From contig CAXKVF010000073.1 of NCBI GenBank assembly GCA_964057225.1, forward strand, positions 372,001 through 436,000: a stretch of DNA of 64,000 bases, written 5' to 3'. Positions 1-10,030 of this stretch are shown piece after piece. Origin of the DNA: Auanema rhodensis (Eukaryota; Animalia; Nematoda). Within the stretch, counting starts at the first letter, position 1. Every line of letters starts with the position of its first letter. Made by a program: the position numbers and the translations under genes. The notes below the pieces were generated by a model. It was not told where the DNA came from and searched no databases. It saw only the letters and a list, made by a program, of their open reading frames with translations.

Positions 1-2815
1 ATGAACCAATATCAATAAAAATTTGTTTTTAGACTAATATGGACATAAGGAATCTAATTTTGAAAACCGCATCTCTTTATCTTTCACGTGAAGCGAGTTA
101 CATACCAAGTGCACATCACGTGTACAATTAATTAGCATAAATTAAAGTTCACGTAAATTTCAAAGTCATGGTTACCATGAACCAATATCAATAAAAATTT
201 GTTTTTATACTAATATGGAGATGGGGAATCTGATTTTGAAAACCGCATCTCTTTATCTTTCACGTGAAGCGAGTTACATACCAAGTGCACATCACGTGTA
301 CATTTAATTAGCATAAATTAAAGTTCACGTAAATTTCAAAGTCATGGTTACCATGAACCAATATCAATAAAAATTTGTTTTTAGACTAATATGGACATGG
401 GGAATCTAATTTTGAAAACCGCATCTCTTTATCTTTCACGTGAAGCGAGTTACATACCAAGTGCACATCACGTGTACAATTAATTAGCATAAATTAAAGT
501 TCACGTAAATTTCAAAGTCATGGTTACCATGAACCAATATCAATAAAAATTTGTTTTTAGACTAATATGGAGATGGGGAATCTGATTTTGAAAACCGCAT
601 CTCTTTATCTTTCACGTGAAGCGAGTTACATACCAAGTGCACATCACGTGTACATTTAATTAGCATAAATTAAAGTTCACGTAAATTTCAAAGTCATGGT
701 TACCATGCACCAATATCAATAAAAATTTGTTTTTAGACTAATATGGACATGGGAAATCTAATTTTGAAAACCGCATCTCTTTATCTTTCACGTGAAGCGA
801 GTTACATACCAAGTGCACATCACGTGTACAATTAATTAGCATAAATTAAAGTTCACGTAAATTTCAAAGTCATGGTTACCATGAACCAATATCAATAAAA
901 ATTTGTTTTTATACTAATATGGAGATGGGGAATCTGATTTTGAAAACCGCATCTCTTTATCTTTCACGTGAAGCGAGTTACATACCAAGTGCACATCACG
1001 TGTACATTTAATTAGCATAAATTAAAGTTCACGTAAATTTCAAAGTCATGGTTACCATGAACCAATATCAATAAAAATTTGTTTTTAGACTAATATGGAC
1101 ATGGGGAATCTAATTTTGAAAACCGCATCTCTTTATCTTTCACGTGAAGCGAGTTACATACCAAGTGCACATCACGTGTACAATTAATTAGCATAAATTA
1201 AAGTTCACGTAAATTTCAAAGTCATGGTTACCATGAACCAATATCAATAAAAATTTGTTTTTAGACTAATATGGAGATGGGGAATCTGATTTTGAAAACC
1301 GCATCTCTTTATCTTTCACGTGAAGCGAGTTACATACCAAGTGCACATCACGTGTACATTTAATTAGCATAAATTAAAGTTCACGTAAATTTCAAAGTCA
1401 TGGTTACCATGAACCAATATCAATAAAAATTTGTTTTTAGACTAATATGGACATGGGGAATCTAATTTTGAAAACCGCATCTCTTTATCTTTCACGTGAA
1501 GCGAGTTACATACCAAGTGCACATCACGTGTACAATTAATTAGCATAAATTAAAGTTCACGTAAATTTCAAAGTCATGGTTACCATGAACCAATATCAAT
1601 AAAAATTTGTTTTTAGACTAATATGGAGATGGGGAATCTGATTTTGAAAACCGCATCTCTTTATCTTTCACGTGAAGCGAGTTACATACCAAGTGCACAT
1701 CACGTGTACATTTAATTAGCATAAATCAAAGTTCACGTAAATTTCAAAGTCATGGTTACCATGAACCAATATCAATAAAAATTTGTTTTTAGACTAATAT
1801 GGACATGGGGAATCTAATTTTGAAAACCGCATCTCTTTATCTTTCACGTGAAGCGAGTTACATACCAAGTGCACATCACGTGTACAATTAATTAGCATAA
1901 ATTAAAGTTCACGTAAATTTCAAAGTCATGGTTACCATGAACCAATATCAATAAAAATTTGTTTTTATACTAATATGGAGATGGGGAATCTGATTTTGAA
2001 AACCGCATCTCTTTATCTTTCACGTGAAGCGAGTTACATACCAAGTGCACATCACGTGTACATTTAATTAGCATAAATCAAAGTTCACGTAAATTTCAAA
2101 GTCATGGTTACCATGAACCAATATCAATAAAAATTTGTTTTTAGACTAATATGGACATGGGGAATCTAATTTTGAAAACCGCATCTCTTTATCTTTCACG
2201 TGAAGCGAGTTACATACCAAGTGCACATCACGTGTACAATTAATTAGCATAAATTAAAGTTCACGTAAATTTCAAAGTCATGGTTACCATGAACCAATAT
2301 CAATAAAAATTTGTTTTTAGACTAATATGGAGATGGGGAATCTGATTTTGAAAACCGCATCTCTTTATCTTTCACGTGAAGCGAGTTACATACCAAGTGC
2401 ACATCACGTGTACATTTAATTAGCATAAATCAAAGTTCACGTAAATTTCAAAGTCATGGTTACCATGAACCAATATCAATAAAAATTTGTTTTAGACTAA
2501 TATGGACATGGGGAATCTAATTTTGAAAACCGCATCTCTTTATCTTTCACGTGAAGCGAGTTACATACCAAGTGCACATCACGTGTACAATTAATTAGCA
2601 TAAATTAAAGTTCACGTAAATTTCAAAGTCATAGTTACCATGAACCAATATCAATAAAAATTTGTTTTTAGACTAATATGGAGATGGGGAATCTGATTTT
2701 GAAAACCGCATCTCTTTATCTTAAACGTGAAGCGAGTTACATACCAAGTGCACATCACGTGTACATTTAATTAGCATAAATTAAAGTTCACGTAAATTTC
2801 AAAGTCATGGTTACC
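1..2815. repeat. 352-bp dimeric higher-order repeat (m1-m16)
   Basis: Odd monomers carry C44/A56/A127 (GGACAT..TCTAATT..ACAATT). Even monomers carry G44/G56/T127 (GGAGAT..TCTGATT..ACATTT). The alternation is strict for 16 monomers. Confidence 0.9.
115..122 (+). other. ATCACGTG E-box/G-box (matches the CDEI consensus RTCACRTG), present in every monomer; first copy given
   Basis: Direct motif match at monomer pos 115-122. A second CACGTG lies at pos 85-90 and a degenerate CACGTA at 150-155. Protein binding is not demonstrated. Confidence 0.35.
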
Positions 2816-4398
2816 ATGCACCAATATCAATAAAAATTTGTTTTTAGACTAATATGGACATGGGGAATCTAATTTTGAAAACCGCATCTCTTTATCTTTC
2901 ACGTGAAGCGAGTTACATACCAAGTGCACATCACGTGTACATTTAATTAGCATAAATTAAAGTTCACGTAAATTTCAAAGTCATGGTTACCATGAACCAA
3001 TATCAATAAAAATTTGTTTTTAGACTAATATGGACATGGGGAATCTGATTTTGAAAACCGCATCTCTTTATCTTTCACGTGAAGCGAGTTACATACCAAG
3101 TGCACATCACGTGTACATTTAATTAGCATAAATCAAAGTTCACGTAAATTTCAAAGTCATGGTTACCATGAACCAATATCAATAAAAATTTGTTTTTAGA
3201 CTAATATGGACATGGGGAATCTAATTTTGAAAACCGCATCTCTTTATCTTTCACGTGAAGCGAGTTACATACCAAGTGCACATCACGTGTACAATTAATT
3301 AGCATAAATTAAAGTTCACGTAAATTTCAAAGTCATGGTTACCATGAACCAATATCAATAAAAATTTGTTTTTATACTAATATGGAGATGGGGAATCTGA
3401 TTTTGAAAACCGCATCTCTTTATCTTTCACGTGAAGCGAGTTACATACCAAGTGCACATCACGTGTACATTTAATTAGCATAAATCAAAGTTCACGTAAA
3501 TTTCAAAGTCATGGTTACCATGAACCAATATCAATAAAAATTTGTTTTTAGACTAATATGGACATGGGGAATCTAATTTTGAAAACCGCATCTCTTTATC
3601 TTTCACGTGAAGCGAGTTACATACCAAGTGCACATCACGTGTACAATTAATTAGCATAAATTAAAGTTCACGTAAATTTCAAAGTCATGGTTACCATGAA
3701 CCAATATCAATAAAAATTTGTTTTTAGACTAATATGGAGATGGGGAATCTGATTTTGAAAACCGCATCTCTTTATCTTTCACGTGAAGCGAGTTACATAC
3801 CAAGTGCACATCACGTGTACATTTAATTAGCATAAATCAAAGTTCACGTAAATTTCAAAGTCATGGTTACCATGAACCAATATCAATAAAAATTTGTTTT
3901 AGACTAATATGGACATGGGGAATCTAATTTTGAAAACCGCATCTCTTTATCTTTCACGTGAAGCGAGTTACATACCAAGTGCACATCACGTGTACAATTA
4001 ATTAGCATAAATTAAAGTTCACGTAAATTTCAAAGTCATAGTTACCATGAACCAATATCAATAAAAATTTGTTTTTAGACTAATATGGAGATGGGGAATC
4101 TGATTTTGAAAACCGCATCTCTTTATCTTAAACGTGAAGCGAGTTACATACCAAGTGCACATCACGTGTACATTTAATTAGCATAAATTAAAGTTCACGT
4201 AAATTTCAAAGTCATGGTTACCATGCACCAATATCAATAAAAATTTGTTTTTAGACTAATATGGACATGGGGAATCTAATTTTGAAAACCGCATCTCTTT
4301 ATCTTTCACGTGAAGCGAGTTACATACCAAGTGCACATCACGTGTACATTTAATTAGCATAAATTAAAGTTCACGTAAATTTCAAAGTCATGGTTACC
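1585..4398. repeat. Tandem duplication of an 8-monomer block (1407-bp period)
   Basis: Markers repeat 8 monomers apart: T32 (m12/m20), 1-bp T deletion plus A170 (m15/m23), TC>AA at pos 84-85 (m16/m24) and C4 (m17/m25). The same doubled structure recurs at about 10.4-12.3 kb. Confidence 0.88.
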
Positions 4399-6158
4399 AT
4401 GAACCAATATCAATGAAAATTTGTTTTTAGACTAATATGGACATGGGGAATCTAATTTTGAAAACCGCATCTCTTTATCTTTCACGTGAAGCGAGTTACA
4501 TACCAAGTGCACATCACGTGTACAATTAATTAGCATAAATTAAAGTTCACGTAAATTTCAAAGTCATGGTTACCATGAACCAATATCAATAAAAATTTGT
4601 TTTTAGACTAATATGGAGATGGGGAATCTGATTTTGAAAACCGCATCTCTTTATCTTTCACGTGAAGCGAGTTACATACCAAGTGCACATCACGTGTACA
4701 TTTAATTAGCATAAATCAAAGTTCACGTAAATTTCAAAGTCATGGTTACCATGAACCAATATCAATAAAAATTTGTTTTTAGACTAATATGGACATAAGG
4801 AATCTAATTTTGAAAACCGCATCTCTTTATCTTTCACGTGAAGCGAGTTACATACCAAGTGCACATCACGTGTACAATTAATTAGCATAAATTAAAGTTC
4901 ACGTAAATTTCAAAGTCATGGTTACCATGAACCAATATCAATAAAAATTTGTTTTTAGACTAATATGGAGATGGGGAATCTGATTTTGAAAACCGCATCT
5001 CTTTATCTTAAACGTGAAGCGAGTTACATACCAAGTGCACATCACGTGTACATTTAATTAGCATAAATTAAAGTTCACGTAAATTTCAAAGTCATGGTTA
5101 CCATGCACCAATATCAATAAAAATTTGTTTTTAGACTAATATGGACATGGGGAATCTAATTTTGAAAACCGCATCTCTTTATCTTTCACGTGAAGCGAGT
5201 TACATACCAAGTGCACATCACGTGTACATTTAATTAGCATAAATTAAAGTTCACGTAAATTTCAAAGTCATGGTTACCATGAACCAATATCAATAAAAAT
5301 TTGTTTTTAGACTAATATGGACATGGGGAATCTAATTTTAAAAACCGCATCTCTTTATCTTTCACGTGAAGCGAGTTACATACCAAGTGCACATCACGTG
5401 TACATTTAATTAGCATAAATTAAAGTTCACGTAAATTTCAAAGTCATGGTTACCATGCACCAATATCAATAAAAATTTGTTTTCAGACTAATATGGACAT
5501 GGGGAATCTAATTTTGAAAACCGCATCTCTTTATCTTTCACGTGAAGCGAGTTACATACCAAGTGCACATCACGTGTACATTTAATTAGCATAAATTAAA
5601 GTTCACGTAAATTTCAAAGTCATGGTTACCATGAACCAATATCAATAAAAATTTGTTTTTAGACTAATATGGACATGGGGAATCTAATTTTGAAAACCGC
5701 ATCTCTTTATCTTTCACGTGAAGCGAGTTACATACCAAGTGCACATCACGTGTACATTTAATTAGCATAAATTAAAGTTCACGTAAATTTCAAAGTCATG
5801 GTTACCATGCACCAATATCAATAAAAATTTGTTTTTAGACTAATATGGACATGGGGAATCTAATTTTGAAAACCGCATCTCTTTATCTTTCACGTGAAGC
5901 GAGTTACATACCAAGTGCACATCACGTGTACATTTAATTAGCATAAATTAAAGTTCACGTAAATTTCAAAGTCATGGTTACCATGAACCAATATCAATAA
6001 AAATTTGTTTTTAGACTAATATGGACATGGGGAATCTAATTTTGAAAACCGCATCTCTTTATCTTTCACGTGAAGCGAGTTACATACCAAGTGCACATCA
6101 CGTGTACAATTAATTAGCATAAATTAAAGTTCACGTAAATTTCAAAGTCATGGTTACC

Positions 6159-9100
6159 ATGAACCAATATCAATAAAAATTTGTTTTTAGACTAATATGG
6201 AGATGGGGAATCTGATTTTGAAAACCGCATCTCTTTATCGTTCACGTGAAGCGAGTTACATACCAAGTGCACATCACGTGTACATTTAATTAGCATAAAT
6301 CAAAGTTCACGTAAATTTCAAAGTCATGGTTACCATGAACCAATATCAATAAAAATTTGTTTTTAGACTAATATGGACATGGGGAATCTAATTTTGAAAA
6401 CCGCATCTCTTTATCTTTCACGTGAAGCGAGTTACATACCAAGTGCACATCACGTGTACAATTAATTAGCATAAATTAAAGTTCACGTAAATTTCAAAGT
6501 CATGGTTACCATGAACCAATATCAATAAAAATTTGTTTTTAGACTAATATGGACATGGGGAATCTAATTTTGAAAACCGCATCTCTTTATCTTTCACGTG
6601 AAGCGAGTTACATACCAAGTGCACATCACGTGTACATTTAATTAGCATGAATTAAAGTTCACGTAAATTTCAAAGTCATGGTTACCATGAACCAATATCA
6701 ATAAAAATTTGTTGTTAGACTAATATGGACATGGGGAATCTAATTTTGAAAACCGCATCTCTTTATCTTTCACGTGAAGCGAGTTACATACCAAGTGCAC
6801 ATCACGTGTACATTTAATTAGCATGAATTAAAGTTCACGTAAATTTCAAAGTCATGGTTACCATGAACCAATATCAATAAAAATTTGTTTTTAGACTAAT
6901 ATGGACATGGGGAATCTAATTTTGAAAACCGCATCTCTTTATCTTTCACGTGAAGCGAGTTACATACCAAGTGCACATCACGTGTACATTTAATTAGCAT
7001 GAATTAAAGTTCACGTAAATTTCAAAGTCATGGTTACCATGCACCAATATCAATAAAAATTTGTTTTTAGACTAATATGGACATGGGGAATCTAATTTTG
7101 AAAACCGCATCTCTTTATCTTTCACGTGAAGCGAGTTACATACCAAGTGCACATCACGTGTACATTTAATTAGCATGAATTAAAGTTCACGTAAATTTCA
7201 AAGTCATGGTTACCATGAACCAATATCAATAAAAATTTGTTTTTAGACTAATATGGACATGGGGAATCTAATTTTGAAAACCGCATCTCTTTATCTTTCA
7301 CGTGAAGCGAGTTACATACCAAGTGCACATCACGTGTACAATTAATTAGCATAAATTAAAGTTCACGTAAATTTCAAAGTCATGGTTACCATGAACCAAT
7401 ATCAATAAAAATTTGTTTTTAGACTAATATGGAGATGGGGAATCTGATTTTGAAAACCGCATCTCTTTATCTTTCACGTGAAGCGAGTTACATACCAAGT
7501 GCACATCACGTGTACATTTAATTAGCATAAATTAAAGTTCACGTAAATTTCAAAGTCATGGTTACCATGAACCAATATCAATAAAAATTTGTTTTTAGAC
7601 TAATATGGACATGGGGAATCTAATTTTGAAAACCGCATCTCTTTATCTTTCACGTGAAGCGAGTTACATACCAAGTGCACATCACGTGTACAATTAATTA
7701 GCATAAATTAAAGTTCACGTAAATTTCAAAGTCATGGTTACCATGAACCAATATCAATAAAAATTTGTTTTTAGACTAATATGGAGATGGGGAATCTGAT
7801 TTTGAAAACCGCATCTCTTTATCTTTCACGTGAAGCGAGTTACATACCAAGTGCACATCACGTGTACATTTAATTAGCATAAATCAAAGTTCACGTAAAT
7901 TTCAAAGTCATGGTTACCATGAACCAATATCAATAAAAATTTGTTTTTAGACTAATATGGACATGGGGAATCTAATTTTGAAAACCGCATCTCTTTATCT
8001 TTCACGTGAAGCGAGTTACATACCAAGTGCACATCACGTGTACAATTAATTAGCATAAATTAAAGTTCACGTAAATTTCAAAGTCATGGTTACCATGAAC
8101 CAATATCAATAAAAATTTGTTTTTATACTAATATGGAGATGGGGAATCTGATTTTGAAAACCGCATCTCTTTATCGTTCACGTGAAGCGAGTTACATACC
8201 AAGTGCACATCACGTGTACATTTAATTAGCATAAATCAAAGTTCACGTAAATTTCAAAGTCATGGTTACCATGAACCAATATCAATAAAAATTTGTTTTT
8301 AGACTAATATGGACATGGGGAATCTAATTTTGAAAACCGCATCTCTTTATCTTTCACGTGAAGCGAGTTACATACCAAGTGCACATCACGTGTACAATTA
8401 ATTAGCATAAATTAAAGTTCACGTAAATTTCAAAGTCATGGTTACCATGAACCAATATCAATAAAAATTTGTTTTTAGACTAATATGGACATGGGGAATC
8501 TAATTTTGAAAACCGCATCTCTTTATCTTTCACGTGAAGCGAGTTACATACCAAGTGCACATCACGTGTACATTTAATTAGCATGAATTAAAGTTCACGT
8601 AAATTTCAAAGTCATGGTTACCATGAACCAATATCAATAAAAATTTGTTGTTAGACTAATATGGACATGGGGAATCTAATTTTGAAAACCGCATCTCTTT
8701 ATCTTTCACGTGAAGCGAGTTACATACCAAGTGCACATCACGTGTACATTTAATTAGCATGAATTAAAGTTCACGTAAATTTCAAAGTCATGGTTACCAT
8801 GAACCAATATCAATAAAAATTTGTTTTTAGACTAATATGGACATGGGGAATCTAATTTTGAAAACCGCATCTCTTTATCTTTCACGTGAAGCGAGTTACA
8901 TACCAAGTGCACATCACGTGTACATTTAATTAGCATGAATTAAAGTTCACGTAAATTTCAAAGTCATGGTTACCATGCACCAATATCAATAAAAATTTGT
9001 TTTTAGACTAATATGGACATGGGGAATCTAATTTTGAAAACCGCATCTCTTTATCTTTCACGTGAAGCGAGTTACATACCAAGTGCACATCACGTGTACA

Positions 9101-10030
9101 TTTAATTAGCATGAATTAAAGTTCACGTAAATTTCAAAGTCATGGTTACCATGAACCAATATCAATAAAAATTTGTTTTTAGACTAATATGGACATGGGG
9201 AATCTAATTTTGAAAACCGCATCTCTTTATCTTTCACGTGAAGCGAGTTACATACCAAGTGCACATCACGTGTACAATTAATTAGCATAAATTAAAGTTC
9301 ACGTAAATTTCAAAGTCATGGTTACCATGAACCAATATCAATAAAAATTTGTTTTTAGACTAATATGGAGATGGGGAATCTGATTTTGAAAACCGCATCT
9401 CTTTATCTTTCACGTGAAGCGAGTTACATACCAAGTGCACATCACGTGTACATTTAATTAGCATAAATTAAAGTTCACGTAAATTTCAAAGTCATGGTTA
9501 CCATGAACCAATATCAATAAAAATTTGTTTTTAGACTAATATGGACATGGGGAATCTAATTTTGAAAACCGCATCTCTTTATCTTTCACGTGAAGCGAGT
9601 TACATACCAAGTGCACATCACGTGTACAATTAATTAGCATAAATTAAAGTTCACGTAAATTTCAAAGTCATGGTTACCATGAACCAATATCAATAAAAAT
9701 TTGTTTTTAGACTAATATGGAGATGGGGAATCTGATTTTGAAAACCGCATCTCTTTATCTTTCACGTGAAGCGAGTTACATACCAAGTGCACATCACGTG
9801 TACATTTAATTAGCATAAATCAAAGTTCACGTAAATTTCAAAGTCATGGTTACCATGAACCAATATCAATAAAAATTTGTTTTTAGACTAATATGGACAT
9901 GGGGAATCTAATTTTGAAAACCGCATCTCTTTATCTTTCACGTGAAGCGAGTTACATACCAAGTGCACATCACGTGTACAATTAATTAGCATAAATTAAA
10001 GTTCACGTAAATTTCAAAGTCATGGTTACC
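6159..10030. repeat. Tandem duplication of an 11-monomer block (1936-bp period)
   Basis: G82 occurs at 6240 and 8176, G28 at 6714 and 8650, and runs of four G139 monomers at m38-41 and m49-52. All are offset by 1936 bp. Confidence 0.88.

Noticed and set aside
1-18. ATG at the window start suggesting a repeat-protein CDS
   Set aside because: A stop follows after five codons (ATG AAC CAA TAT CAA TAA). 176 is not a multiple of 3 and stops recur in every monomer, so no long ORF was seen.
55-100. CENP-B box or yeast CDEIII-like element
   Set aside because: No match to TTCG-N4-A-N2-CGGG on either strand. The CCG at 67-69 lacks the CDEIII TTCCGAA context.
39-131. 30-codon ORF in each monomer (MDMGNLILKTASLYLSREASYIPSAHHVYI*), with several common variants synonymous or conservative (CTA/CTG/CTT, TTG/TTA, D/E) and AATAAA downstream
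   Set aside because: It is short with no recognisable protein motif. Other variants are non-synonymous or nonsense (TCA>TGA at 35985), and AATAAA is expected in 68% AT DNA. It would need Ribo-seq or proteomic evidence.
1-176. Identity with known ~176-bp satellites (Brassica CentBr, honeybee AluI repeat, alpha satellite, CEN178)
   Set aside because: Only the length agrees. The consensus has no AGCT or AAGCTT site and no sequence I recognise from those families. A database search is needed.
1-176. 5S rRNA, tRNA or telomeric-repeat array
   Set aside because: It is too AT-rich, with no Pol III A/B/C boxes or cloverleaf. No tandem TTAGG/TTAGGG/TTTAGGG units are present.
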